A stretch of 64,000 nucleotides of DNA from Candidatus Bathyarchaeota archaeon (GCA_020348945.1 CP070759.1:888936-952935), one strand, 5' to 3'. Shown: positions 19,229-28,915, numbered from the stretch's first letter. Made by a program: numbers and translations. Notes: generated by a model from the letters alone, not told the origin.

Positions 19229-19420
19229 ATGACGGCAATGAAAAATAAGATTGGAGATAAGATGAATATTCCAGTGGATGGGAAGTTTCATCCAGAACAT
19301 GGGCACCGTGGCAAAGTCGTGTGGCTAAGCGAAGACGGAAAAACTGTAGCGATACAATGCGAAAAGAACCACAACGGCAAAAAAACTGTTTTCCTTGTGA
19401 AAAGTAATCCTGAAAAATGA
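19229..19420 (+). CDS. hypothetical small protein
   Basis: 63-aa ORF, lysine/histidine rich, no recognised motif. Isolated in an intergenic gap. Confidence 0.3.
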   Translation: MTAMKNKIGDKMNIPVDGKFHPEHGHRGKVVWLSEDGKTVAIQCEKNHNGKKTVFLVKSNPEK

Positions 19421-19483
19421 ACTTTTAGAAAACAGAAAAATGTGCACGTTAAAAAAAAGGGAACCCTATGATTTGCTGAGAAT

Positions 19484-20416
19484 CTAGGGTGTCGTCGAAT
19501 TCGTTGGGATCAACACGGGTATTCCATCTGCACCAACTATCATAATTTCCACGTCTGGTGCGATTCTTTGTAAGGCTTGAACCCAAAGATAGAGCTCTGC
19601 AATTCTTGTCTCATTTCCGCTTTGACCAACCGACTCCAAAACCAGTTCAATAGCTTCTTTGGTTGCGTTAGCTTCTATAACTTTTGCCTCAGCTTCACCA
19701 AAAGCTTTAATGATAACTTCCTGAGCTGTTGCGTTAGCCAGTATTAGTATTTTTTCCCTCTCAAAATCTGCCTGAATCTTCTGCTGTTCCGCTACAAGCT
19801 TGTCTTCTATAGCTGAAGTGTACTTTTCTGGGTAGCCAATGTTCTTCAGGTCTAACTCAAAACTCACGAGAGCTCCCGTCAGCGACGGCTCTGTGTTCAA
19901 CTCTTGAAGCACAGCTGTTTCCACTTTATCTCTCACAATATCCCTGAACTCTATTGTTTCCAGAGCGGTGTAGTTTTTAGTTATTAACCGTATGGTTTCT
20001 TCCATAATTGACTCAATAGCCTTCTCTTTGTAGTTTAGATTCGGATAGTTGTTGTAAAGATCTCTAATCTTCTCAGGGTCAAGTGACCATCTCACCAGAA
20101 TCTCGATTTGCATCTCAAGTTGATCTGAAGAAAAAGTTGGAATTATGTCCTCAAACGTATCTGTAGCATAGTAAATATTAACAGCAGTAACCCATGGCGC
20201 TTTTATCAGATAAGCAGGTCCAAGCGTTGGACCACTTGTCGATCTTGAAATAGGGTCTACAAGCACTACTGCATGCCCAACACCAATACCAACCACCATA
20301 GTCAACCCAAAGACTACCATGAATATGAGAAAGAACACCAGAATCGAAATTAAAGCAATTACCTTAAGAGACACACCCATACTGAGTCTTTCATCTTCTC
20401 CCAATACATTCACCAC
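19484..20416 (-). CDS. SPFH/band-7 (prohibitin/HflK-like) membrane protein
   Basis: N-terminal TM helix, SPFH-like core and an alanine/glutamate-rich coiled C-terminal part (LVAEQQKIQADFEREKILILANATAQEVI). Confidence 0.85.
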   Translation of the reverse strand: MVNVLGEDERLSMGVSLKVIALISILVFFLIFMVVFGLTMVVGIGVGHAVVLVDPISRSTSGPTLGPAYLIKAPWVTAVNIYYATDTFEDIIPTFSSDQLEMQIEILVRWSLDPEKIRDLYNNYPNLNYKEKAIESIMEETIRLITKNYTALETIEFRDIVRDKVETAVLQELNTEPSLTGALVSFELDLKNIGYPEKYTSAIEDKLVAEQQKIQADFEREKILILANATAQEVIIKAFGEAEAKVIEANATKEAIELVLESVGQSGNETRIAELYLWVQALQRIAPDVEIMIVGADGIPVLIPTNSTTP

Positions 20417-20569
20417 CTTTGTTACTTACCAGCTAAAGAACTGTTCGAAATCAATCACAGATAAACCTTTCGTGCTCACAAATTATAGCACGCGCATGAG
20501 CGCGCAACAAGTTCTTTACTCGGAAGCCTTAAAACAGGATCATGCGAGCATTAAACATTGGTGTATTGA

Positions 20570-20947
20570 ATGAAAGTTGTTAAGTTAACTGACATCAAGG
20601 AGATGAAGGGAGAAGGATTCACCTTATGGCAACTGATAAATCCGAACACAGTAGGGTCAAAGAACGCTATGTTATTTGTCGTCACCATAGAGCCTGGAGG
20701 AAAAATACCAGTTCATAAACATGGTTCAGCGGATGTGACAATTCACATCCTTGAGGGACAAGGAGCCTTCTTAGTTGGTGAGGAAAGACAGATCCTTGAA
20801 TCTGAAACTGCGCTCTATGTCCCTGTCGATGTAGGAATTGGATTAGAAAATATCGGGAGAGAAACTCTACGATTTGTTGTGGCAATAGCGCCACCCATAG
20901 GCGTAGAAACTTGCCCCGTATGCGGCATCAAAATCAAAAACCTTTAA
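20570..20947 (+). CDS. cupin-domain protein
   Basis: Cupin motifs GGKIPVHKHGSADVTIHILEG and YVPVDVGIGLEN. 125 aa. Confidence 0.8.
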   Translation: MKVVKLTDIKEMKGEGFTLWQLINPNTVGSKNAMLFVVTIEPGGKIPVHKHGSADVTIHILEGQGAFLVGEERQILESETALYVPVDVGIGLENIGRETLRFVVAIAPPIGVETCPVCGIKIKNL

Positions 20948-21426
20948 TGTATGCGCCCAAAATTTTCATCTCGCGCGCAAAAATCGCTTATAAAAGCTTT
21001 TAAGAATTGCGCGCGTGACTCGATTAGTTTTAACGTTTGGTTATCAAGAGTGGCAACTCGAACTATGTCGGTCAGCGTAACTAAACCTACCAATCTGTTT
21101 CCATCTACTATAGGCAGTTTTTTCACTTTTTTTTCAAGAAGAAGCTTCGAGGCTTCAGCGAGTTGCATGTCTGGCTTTCCAACAATGACCTGTTTTGTCA
21201 TTATGTCTGAAACCCTTGTTTCTTTTGGGTCTCTGCATTTTCCCACAATTCTTTCAAGCACGTCTCTTTCAGTCAGAATCCCAACAACCCGATCCTGATC
21301 AACGACCACCAAACAACCTATTCGATTCTTATTCATAATCTCTACAGCATCGTTAGCTGAAACATCTTTCTCCATAGTGATGACATTTTTAACCATTATT
21401 TTCTCGATTATCATGGTCATTCTCAC
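20944..21426 (-). CDS. CBS-domain pair protein
   Basis: Two CBS repeats (VITMEKDVSANDAVEIMNKNRIGCLVVVD; VIVGKPDMQLAEASKLLLEKKVKKLPIVD). The last ~30 codons read through a GC-rich palindromic element (see repeat 20972-21015). Confidence 0.85.
   Translation of the reverse strand: MRMTMIIEKIMVKNVITMEKDVSANDAVEIMNKNRIGCLVVVDQDRVVGILTERDVLERIVGKCRDPKETRVSDIMTKQVIVGKPDMQLAEASKLLLEKKVKKLPIVDGNRLVGLVTLTDIVRVATLDNQTLKLIESRAQFLKAFISDFCARDENFGRIH
20972..21015. repeat. compound palindrome: CGCGCGCAA ... TTGCGCGCG arms enclosing TAAAAGCTTTTA
   Basis: Arms 20972-20980 and 21007-21015 are exact reverse complements. The inner 12-bp perfect palindrome is at 20991-21002. Lies between the convergent cupin and CBS genes. 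Confidence 0.7.
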
Positions 21427-21577
21427 CTAAAAACTTGGATAGTCACAAGAGTAATAAACATATTTAATGATGAATTTTGATTCAAAATCGGAATTATAAA
21501 TCAGTTCTGCACACGCAAAGAACGCATTCAAAACAGCCAACCAGAAAATAAAAAACTCTAAAAATTAAGAAGTGACA

Positions 21578-21901
21578 TTGAGTTTACACATAACCCAAAT
21601 CGGAACAGGGCGTGTGGGTTACCCAACAACCTATTCAATCTTGTGCACAGAACCTGCAAACACTCTAACAGTCTGCAACACAAAACCAAGACTCGCCTCA
21701 GCCTTCGCCTAAGAGCTACGATGTGTAACGGCAAGTTTAGAACTCGACGTAGAAATAAATGCTTGTGAAAGAGACGATGAAATCGCCGGAGCCAACATCA
21801 TTCTAATCTCAACAGGAGAACCCAAAAGTTCCTGAGTGAAAATGAGCAGACTTAATGTTTTGACCCAAAAACCTCAAATCTCATTAAACTCTTTGTATTA
21901 A
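21578..21901 (+). pseudogene. remnant of a malate/lactate dehydrogenase N-terminal (Rossmann) domain with in-frame stops
   Basis: Own translation: LSLHITQIGTGRVGYPTTYSILCTEPANTLTVCNTKPRLASAFA*ELRCVTASLELDVEINACERDDEIAGANIILISTGEPKSS*VKMSRLNVL. GxGxVG, D-x-x-K-A-x-G-x-A-x-DL-like and I(T/S)AG-x-PRKPGMSR-x-DL-like blocks are recognisable. Only ~90 codons remain. Confidence 0.6.
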
Positions 21902-21928
21902 GTAGAACGATAAGTAGTTGGCGATCAG

Positions 21929-22387
21929 TTGTTCATCACCGTACAGCAAGCCACAACCAAAGACCTGGAAACGCTTTACGAAATCGAGAGAGAATGCTTC
22001 ACTACAGAGGCCTTTACAAAGGAGCAAATAGCCTATCTCCTGAAAAACCCCGACGCCGTAAGCTTAGTCGCACAAATAGACGATGAAAACGCTGGATTTA
22101 TCATCGGCTTAACCTACCGTGGCAACAAAGCGAGAATCGGCCACATTTACACGATAGATGTTGCCGTCAAACATCGGAGAAAGGGAATTGGACTGAGACT
22201 TCTAAACGAGCTTGAACAAATCTTCGTTAAGAAGAGCATTAAAATTTGCCACTTGGAGGTCCGCATAGACAATGTGGCGGCGCGAGAACTATATCACAAG
22301 CAGGGCTACATAGAAATGAGACGACTGAAAGATTACTATCCTGTGGGAATCCATGGAGTTCAGCTTAAAAAGAAGCTTGAAGCCTAA
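21929..22387 (+). CDS. GNAT N-acetyltransferase (RimI-like)
   Basis: Acetyl-CoA binding block VAVKHRRKGIGLRLL plus ARELYHKQGY. TTG start. Confidence 0.85.
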   Translation: MFITVQQATTKDLETLYEIERECFTTEAFTKEQIAYLLKNPDAVSLVAQIDDENAGFIIGLTYRGNKARIGHIYTIDVAVKHRRKGIGLRLLNELEQIFVKKSIKICHLEVRIDNVAARELYHKQGYIEMRRLKDYYPVGIHGVQLKKKLEA

Positions 22388-22432
22388 GCGTTTCTTATAG
22401 GCTGACTGGTTTTGAAGATTCCTTTTTTATGC

Positions 22433-23125
22433 CTAGTCTTCCTCACGTTTCGATGGTCCAAACAACAACGTTAAGAAGAAACCGGCAAGAAACCCTCCTA
22501 TGTGAGCTTCGTGGGCGACATTTGGGTTAGCACCAGTAAAAACGTAAACCGTTTCAAGCCAAACGCTTAGGAGGACAAAGACAATGGCGGGAAGCGGTAT
22601 GGGAATGAACCCGATAAATGAAATCACCAGTTTAAAGGGAAACAAGATGGCGAAAGCAGCTAGAACGCCAAAGATCGCTCCAGAGGCACCTATGGTGGGA
22701 ATAGTGGACGTACTGTTCAGGTAGGCGTGAAAAAGTCCTGAACCAATGCCTGAGATCATGTAAAACGCTAAAAACCGGGAGTTGCCCATAGCGCGCTCAC
22801 ATTCACCGCCGGAAATTAAGAGAAAAAGCATGTTTAAAACTAGATGAAGGAAATTTCCGTGTAAAAACATTGAAGTAATAAGTGTTGGAAGTTGCTCGCC
22901 TTGCATAACATTGGCGGGAACCAAACCGTATTTGTGGACAAAATCAAATCGAGCTAATTCAGGGAGCCCCATCATGTAATAGAACATCAGGACATTTGCC
23001 AATATCAGCAGGTAGGTCACAACGGGAACCTTAGACGCCAAAAGGTTTTCTCTCCCACAGTTTTTCACAAACGTTTGATTTCTGTGACAACAATGACATT
23101 TTGTTGGAACATTCCTTGAACCCAT
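22433..23125 (-). CDS. rhomboid-family intramembrane serine protease
   Basis: MFLHGNFLHLVLNM, catalytic GASGAIFG and HIGGFLAG motifs. Cys/His-rich N-terminal tail. Confidence 0.85.
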   Translation of the reverse strand: MGSRNVPTKCHCCHRNQTFVKNCGRENLLASKVPVVTYLLILANVLMFYYMMGLPELARFDFVHKYGLVPANVMQGEQLPTLITSMFLHGNFLHLVLNMLFLLISGGECERAMGNSRFLAFYMISGIGSGLFHAYLNSTSTIPTIGASGAIFGVLAAFAILFPFKLVISFIGFIPIPLPAIVFVLLSVWLETVYVFTGANPNVAHEAHIGGFLAGFFLTLLFGPSKREED

Positions 23126-23163
23126 GCATCATAGCTTTTCATCGCCTCAAAATTCTCCCTTGT

Positions 23164-23883
23164 TTATTCGGCTTCTTCCCATCTCAGCCGCTTTTCGTCA
23201 TACTCCTTCCGCGTCATATAGGGACGCGCTGGAGCTCCTATTACAACAGTGTTAGCTGGCACATTCTTTGTGACAACAGCGCCAGCTCCCACCACCGCGT
23301 TTTCACCTATCTTGACTCCAGCTACTAGCGTAGAGTTCGCGCCAATGATCGCGTTTTTCTCCACTACAGCCCCTGCTAGGCGTTTACTCACTGGATAAGG
23401 ATCGTTAGTGAAACAAACGTTGGGCGCTATAAAAACTCCGTCTCCAATGACTGTTAAGTGGGGGATGTAAACGTTTGACTGAATGCTCACGTCTTTTCCA
23501 ACATTCACCGTGCCGTCCAGCTGCGCTGAAGACCCAATGAGCGTTTTCGCGCCTACAACGCTGCCCTCTCTAATTAATACGTTGTGCCCTGTCTCAACAT
23601 CGTCACCTATGGATGCAGTTTCGTAAATCACAGTGCCAAATCGGACAACACAGTTTCTGCCGACCTTGGCGCCCTTGCTGATCGAATTGTATTCTTCGAT
23701 GCTGAAGGATTCTGGAAATTGAAAGGCTTTGATGGAATTTCTAGCAGGATACCCCACGATCACATTTCTTCCAATGAGAGAGTTCTCCCCGATCACCGTG
23801 GGCCCCAAAATGATGTTCTCACCTTCCAAGCGTCCCTTAACCCGTGCTTTAGACGAAACAAAAATCATTCTTGCAACCCTCAT
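23164..23883 (-). CDS. left-handed beta-helix (hexapeptide-repeat) acyl/acetyltransferase
   Basis: Many [LIV]-G-x4 hexapeptide repeats (IGENSLIGRNVIVG, IGDDVETGHNVLI, IGANSTLVAGVKIGENAVVGAGAVV). Confidence 0.85.
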   Translation of the reverse strand: MRVARMIFVSSKARVKGRLEGENIILGPTVIGENSLIGRNVIVGYPARNSIKAFQFPESFSIEEYNSISKGAKVGRNCVVRFGTVIYETASIGDDVETGHNVLIREGSVVGAKTLIGSSAQLDGTVNVGKDVSIQSNVYIPHLTVIGDGVFIAPNVCFTNDPYPVSKRLAGAVVEKNAIIGANSTLVAGVKIGENAVVGAGAVVTKNVPANTVVIGAPARPYMTRKEYDEKRLRWEEAE

Positions 23884-23994
23884 GAATCCAAATGAAACAT
23901 ATTCGCTTATACAGAGTTCTAAACTATAAAAATATATGAATTAAAAAGTTATTGAAGAAAAACACTGAACAATTGCCACCAGAAGGTTTAACCA

Positions 23995-25212
23995 TTGATT
24001 GAAAAGGACATTCGCAATGTCTTAGTGATTGGTTTAGACGTTGTTTCGCTGGCCTCTTCCGCGAGGAAAGCTGGCTACCAAGTTCACGCAGTAGACTATT
24101 TCGGTGATCAAGACCTTAAACGCTTGTGCTGCAAAACTCGATCGATTATTGAGCAGAGGGCAGGAGAAAACTGTGGACAATTAGATATAAACTTCAGTGC
24201 AGAAGCCCTCCTCCAGTTAACAAAGGACCTTCTGAAAAGCAGCGAAATAGAAGCCATGTTGCTATCTTCCAGTTTAGAAGACTCTCCAAAGGTTTTGTTT
24301 GCGCTTAACGAGCTGATCCCTGTAATCGGAAACCCTCCTGACATTATCCAGAAGGTTCGCAACAAAGCACACTTTTTCCGAGAGCTTGAACGTCAAGGAA
24401 TACCACATCCAGAGACAGCAACCGCTGAAAACTTTGAAGAAACTAGAAAAAAATCTGAAAATATAGGGTTCCCAGTTGTGGTTAAACCTTCCAAGGGCTT
24501 TGGAGGTGCAGGTGTAAGAGAAGCATATAATGTTCAAGAGTTGAAACAAGCGTTCCGAAACGCTACTCTCGTTGATAATAAAGTTTTAGTTCAAGAGCGC
24601 GTTTCTGGAACAGCGGCAAGCGCCTCTCTCATTTCATCTACCGACAAAGCCGTTGTTCTAACATTAAATGAGCAGCTTTTGGGAATGCGCGAGGTTGGTC
24701 AACAAGAGCCCTTCGGTTACTGCGGAAACGTGGTTCCACTTTCATTAATGGCAGCCGTTACAGATGCGTGTAAAAGTGTAGTTGAGAAAGTTGTCCTGCA
24801 TTTTGGTCTTGTTGGATCTAACGGCGTGGATTTAGTGATATCCGAAGAAGGCGTGCCCTACGTTATAGAGGTGAACCCTCGATTTCAAGGAACCTTGGAA
24901 TGTGTTGAAAGGGTTCTTAGAACAAACATTGTGAAGGCGCATGTAGAAGCCTGTGCCCAAGGAATTCTTCCAACAGTTTTGAAGAAGCCTTCGATTTTTT
25001 GCGTTCGATTAATCTTGTTCGCTCCGCAACGTTCAATTACACCTGACTTAAGCATCTTTCAGGAGGCTAGCGATATTCCCTTGCCAGGAACCATTGTAGA
25101 GGAGGGTGAACCCGTCTGTTCCATAGTAGTAGAAGGAACAAGCAGAGATTCTTCACTAATGAAAGCGAGGAAAATAATTGAATCAATTCGCAAATCACTC
25201 CAGCCACTATAA
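23995..25212 (+). CDS. ATP-grasp domain protein (carboligase-like, COG2232-type by recollection)
   Basis: FPVVVKPSKGFGGAGV, LVQERVSG, GSNGVDLVISEEGVPYVIEVNPRFQG. TTG start. Confidence 0.75.
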   Translation: MIEKDIRNVLVIGLDVVSLASSARKAGYQVHAVDYFGDQDLKRLCCKTRSIIEQRAGENCGQLDINFSAEALLQLTKDLLKSSEIEAMLLSSSLEDSPKVLFALNELIPVIGNPPDIIQKVRNKAHFFRELERQGIPHPETATAENFEETRKKSENIGFPVVVKPSKGFGGAGVREAYNVQELKQAFRNATLVDNKVLVQERVSGTAASASLISSTDKAVVLTLNEQLLGMREVGQQEPFGYCGNVVPLSLMAAVTDACKSVVEKVVLHFGLVGSNGVDLVISEEGVPYVIEVNPRFQGTLECVERVLRTNIVKAHVEACAQGILPTVLKKPSIFCVRLILFAPQRSITPDLSIFQEASDIPLPGTIVEEGEPVCSIVVEGTSRDSSLMKARKIIESIRKSLQPL

Positions 25213-25275
25213 GAAGCTAGTTTTTCCAATAGCATTGACCACTACGGGCCTAACTGTCGTCTGTGAGTAAGAAAG

Positions 25276-25971
25276 TTACAGCTCAAGCTTTCCAAGAATG
25301 CGCATGATTTGTGGCACAATTAACGTTGCAAAGAAAGTGGATAACAGTACCTTGAAAGGGGTGATCAAAGGCGCTGGAACGGCCCATATGGCCACTAGTG
25401 CTTCAGGCGTGAGACCGTAGAAAAATTGATAGGTCTGCCCAGGTATAAGTATAGATATCCTAAGTAGCACATCGGCTTCTAAACCTATAAAAGCGCTTAC
25501 TGCAAAGGGAGAAATACGCTTAATTTCATCTGAACCCCGCACACTCATGATGATGCCTAAAGCTAGAAGGATACCGTAAGCAGCGTAAACATCCCACATC
25601 CCCCAAAACGGGAGACGCCAAGAAATAGGGGTGATAAAGTAGAACACAAGCAGAGTTGTGTAAAAGGCGAAAACCTTCTTCCAGTCTCCCCTGAACATAA
25701 ATCCAGACATCATGGAGCCTATGGGTGCTCCTAAGGTGAACACAAGCTCATATACCGTTTCCCTTGGAACCAGCGAGTGGCCAATCATAACAGCTATCAA
25801 AATAGACAGGAACCCCTTGTACGGTCCAAGCACCATTCCCGCGATTGCACTGATCAAGAAAATTGACCCAAACCATATGCCAGCCGAAAAGCTGGGTGTT
25901 ACTATAACATCGCATACCACTCCTAAAGCCGCAAAAACAGCAATAAGAGAGATAGCTCGAGATTTTCTCAT
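25276..25971 (-). CDS. polytopic membrane protein (ECF-transporter S-component-like topology)
   Basis: From ATG 25971: MRKSRAISLIAVFAALGVVCDVI..., 6-7 predicted TM helices. Function not assignable. Confidence 0.5.
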   Translation of the reverse strand: MRKSRAISLIAVFAALGVVCDVIVTPSFSAGIWFGSIFLISAIAGMVLGPYKGFLSILIAVMIGHSLVPRETVYELVFTLGAPIGSMMSGFMFRGDWKKVFAFYTTLLVFYFITPISWRLPFWGMWDVYAAYGILLALGIIMSVRGSDEIKRISPFAVSAFIGLEADVLLRISILIPGQTYQFFYGLTPEALVAIWAVPAPLITPFKVLLSTFFATLIVPQIMRILGKLEL

Positions 25972-26166
25972 ATTTTTCCATTCATAGTGCATTCTGCAAA
26001 ACCTCATGTTGTATAACGGCTTTTTTCTTAACATCTTCTAGGCATATAAAAGCTTCACAGATAGATGGGTTGCTCTCGACCACGCTTTCTAAAAATGCTC
26101 TCGATAGTACACGTCCACATCTGCGCACGTACTTGTAAACACACGTAGGTCCCACTTGATCATAAT

Positions 26167-26688
26167 TCAAGTGACATTAAGTAGATATTTGGCAACAAAC
26201 TTTTCGTTTACCATTTTTCCACGCTGAACGTTCAAGCCTCTACAGCAGGGAATAAGTTTCAGCACGAAGAAGTAAGGACTTGCCTTTTCGATTTCGAAGG
26301 GGTAAAGCCTGCAGAGAGTTGGTCTAACATTGTAAATCGAACATTTGTGAATATCTTTCTCTTCGTCAAACTTGAGAAAAATACATGAACCGTCTTCTCT
26401 GTTTTTTAAGCTGCCACGCATAACTGGCAAGCCCTTAAACTCTCTGTTTGACAAAGGTTCAAGAAAATCTTCTGCACTATAGCCGACTTGTTTTATGCGT
26501 TCGATGTCTCTCTCTGTAAGTTTAGGTCCACCCAGTTTACAGCAGAAGGTGGCACACCGTTGACACTTGAATCGCAGATGCTTCTGATGGAAAGCCATCT
26601 TCATAATGCGCTTGGTTTTAGGGTGTAAAGCGACTTCCGCGATGTTTTCGTTCAGATTTACGTTAAGCATCTCAACGGTTATCTCCAC
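26167..26688 (-). CDS. YkgJ-family cysteine-cluster (Fe-S/Zn) protein
   Basis: FKCQRCATFCCKLGGP ... DGSCIFL ... CSIYNVRPTLCRLYPF, the UPF0153/YkgJ CxxCxxCC pattern. Confidence 0.75.
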   Translation of the reverse strand: MEITVEMLNVNLNENIAEVALHPKTKRIMKMAFHQKHLRFKCQRCATFCCKLGGPKLTERDIERIKQVGYSAEDFLEPLSNREFKGLPVMRGSLKNREDGSCIFLKFDEEKDIHKCSIYNVRPTLCRLYPFEIEKASPYFFVLKLIPCCRGLNVQRGKMVNEKFVAKYLLNVT

Positions 26689-26697
26689 ATCTTGCGT

Positions 26698-26739
26698 TTA
26701 AAGTATTTGTACAATCATCGAATTGTACAAATACTTTAA
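26698..26739. promoter_or_regulatory. 18-bp perfect inverted repeat with 6-nt spacer, candidate operator/hairpin
   Basis: TTAAAGTATTTGTACAAT (26698-26715) catcga ATTGTACAAATACTTTAA (26722-26739). Begins 10 nt upstream of the ykgJ-like start, in the divergent region shared with a small wHTH gene. Confidence 0.6.
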
Positions 26740-27116
26740 GAAATAGTAGTAGTTGTTCATAAGATATGACACGTTTCAACCTATGATATATGTTAGCATA
26801 GGTAATCATGGTTAAATAACTTAGAATGGTCTTTTTGGATAGGGAAGATGCGGGTGGTCCCTCCATAATTATTGTGGATTTAGCAACTCTTTTGATTACA
26901 CTAGTCTTTACATTAATTGGAGGAAAACAAAAGAATAGAGCTACCAATTTCCTTCTGTTTTTCACTTTAGAAATCGACTTGTCTTCGTTGCCATAATAGA
27001 TGCACGCACTTTCTCCCTGTCTAAAACGATAATTCTTCTCTCTTATTCTAGCATCTACGCAAAACCTAAAAATCAACAGCACATAATTATTAAGCGCAAT
27101 GTTGAGGACAAAAGTC

Positions 27117-27380
27117 ATGGCGGAACAATCTGAGAAAGATGCTCCGAGGAAAATTAAAGCCATCGCGGTTCTTCTTCGAAACACCACTTGGAAATGTGGA
27201 AGGGTGGAGCGGTTAGTGGTGAAATACATGCAACAAAAGATTCAAAGATGTGGTCGCGCACGAACCCCAATAAAAGAAATGTTGCAACACTTCAAGTTGA
27301 GTGGAAAACAGAAGAGCGAGTTTCTGGACGCCATAAAGCGCCTCGAAAAAAGGCGAATAATCAAGATTGAAAGGTTCTGA
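27117..27380 (+). CDS. small winged-helix-like DNA-binding protein (hypothetical)
   Basis: MAEQSEKDAPRKIKAIAVLL...TPIKEMLQHFKLSGKQKSEFLDAIKRLEKRRIIKIERF. Basic; helix-turn-helix-like. No specific family recognised. Confidence 0.45.
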   Translation: MAEQSEKDAPRKIKAIAVLLRNTTWKCGRVERLVVKYMQQKIQRCGRARTPIKEMLQHFKLSGKQKSEFLDAIKRLEKRRIIKIERF

Positions 27381-27460
27381 CGTATTCAAGGCTTGCTTAG
27401 ATCTTAGAAATCACAAAGTCGATTGAAAATCTAAGTCTGTTAGAAAGCGGGGAAGCCGTT

Positions 27461-28882
27461 GTGACATTGAAGGTTTTCAATAATCTCACAAAAAGGAAAG
27501 AGGAGTTCGTACCAGTAGAAAAGGGCAAAGTCAATATGTATGTATGTGGCCCCACAGTTTACGATTACATACACATAGGCAACGCGAGGTCCTTTGTTGC
27601 TTTCGATGTAATTCGTCGCTATCTAGAGTACAAGGGCTACAAGGTAACGTATGTGAGCAACTTAACCGACGTAGATGACAAAACGATCAGAAGAGCAAAA
27701 GAAAGGAGGATAAGCATCCAGCAACTCGGCGAGAAATACAGCGATGCCTACTTTGATGATCTCACAAAACTCGGCATGAAAAAACCGGATATTAACCCAC
27801 GGGCTACTCAACACATCGAAGAAATCATCGACCTGATTCAAATTTTGATTGATAAAAAATACGCGTACGTGGTCGACGGAAACGTCTACTATGATATCTC
27901 AAAGTTCGAAGACTATGGCAAACTTTCCGGAAACAAAGCAGAAGCGCTGGAAGCTGGAGCACGAATTGAAGTTGATCCCCGCAAGAGGAATCCTGCTGAC
28001 TTTGCTCTCTGGAAGAGACAGAAGTCTGAAGAACCAGCGTGGAACAGTCCTTGGGGCAAAGGCAGGCCTGGGTGGCACATTGAATGCTCTGTTATGTCCA
28101 TGAAATATTTGGGTGAAACATTGGACATTCACGCTGGTGGGAAAGACCTCATTTTTCCGCATCATGAGAATGAAATTACGCAATCTGAGGCTGCAACCGG
28201 AAAGCCTTTTGCAAAATATTGGCTTCACAACGAATGGCTCACGGTGAACGGGGAAAAAATGTCAAAGTCTCTTGGAAACTTCATTACTGCTCATGAAGCA
28301 ATAGAGAAGTATGGTTCACAGGTTGTAAGGTTGTTTTTGGTTTCCGTTCATTACCGAAGCCATATCGATTTTAATGACAGAAGCTTGAAGCAGGCGAAAA
28401 GAAATCTTGAGAAGTTGTTCAATGCTATGGAGATGTTTGAAGCGTTAAGAGAGGAGCACAAAAGTGCTGGTGGCAAGGAACTCTTTAAACAGGTGGAAAA
28501 AATAAGGCAAAAATTTGAGGAGGCAATGGATGACGATTTTAACACATCCCTAGCGGTTTCCGCGCTTTTCAGCTTGACGAGGAAAATCAACCTTTACGTC
28601 AAGGATCATGGAGAGATAGAGACTGAAGTCAAAAAGAAGATCAGAGGAATTGTAAAGAGGCTGGTGGAAGATGTTTTTGGCATTAAGATGGAGAGGCGGA
28701 AGCCTGAAACTGACAAGCTTGTAGAGAATCTTATGAAGTTAATTATTGAAATACGGAGGCAGTTGCGTGAACGGGGAGATTGGGAGACAGCGGATGATAT
28801 CAGAGCCAAGCTGAAAGCGTTAGAGCTTGTTCTTGAAGATACGCCAAAAGGAACTGAATGGAAAATTGAGAGTGAACCTTGA
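27461..28882 (+). CDS. cysS: cysteine--tRNA ligase
   Basis: Class-I motifs HIGNARS and KMSKSLGN, Zn ligands (CGPT, WHIECS). 473 aa, GTG start. Confidence 0.97.
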   Translation: MTLKVFNNLTKRKEEFVPVEKGKVNMYVCGPTVYDYIHIGNARSFVAFDVIRRYLEYKGYKVTYVSNLTDVDDKTIRRAKERRISIQQLGEKYSDAYFDDLTKLGMKKPDINPRATQHIEEIIDLIQILIDKKYAYVVDGNVYYDISKFEDYGKLSGNKAEALEAGARIEVDPRKRNPADFALWKRQKSEEPAWNSPWGKGRPGWHIECSVMSMKYLGETLDIHAGGKDLIFPHHENEITQSEAATGKPFAKYWLHNEWLTVNGEKMSKSLGNFITAHEAIEKYGSQVVRLFLVSVHYRSHIDFNDRSLKQAKRNLEKLFNAMEMFEALREEHKSAGGKELFKQVEKIRQKFEEAMDDDFNTSLAVSALFSLTRKINLYVKDHGEIETEVKKKIRGIVKRLVEDVFGIKMERRKPETDKLVENLMKLIIEIRRQLRERGDWETADDIRAKLKALELVLEDTPKGTEWKIESEP

Positions 28883-28915
28883 AAAGTTGTGTTGCGGCGA
28901 CCTGCACTCAAAATG

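Noticed and set aside
26672-27229. 185-aa minus-strand ORF
   Set aside because: It lies in the AT-rich divergent intergenic region. Its sequence is low-complexity and unrecognisable, and it overlaps both the 18-bp palindrome and the more plausible plus-strand wHTH ORF.
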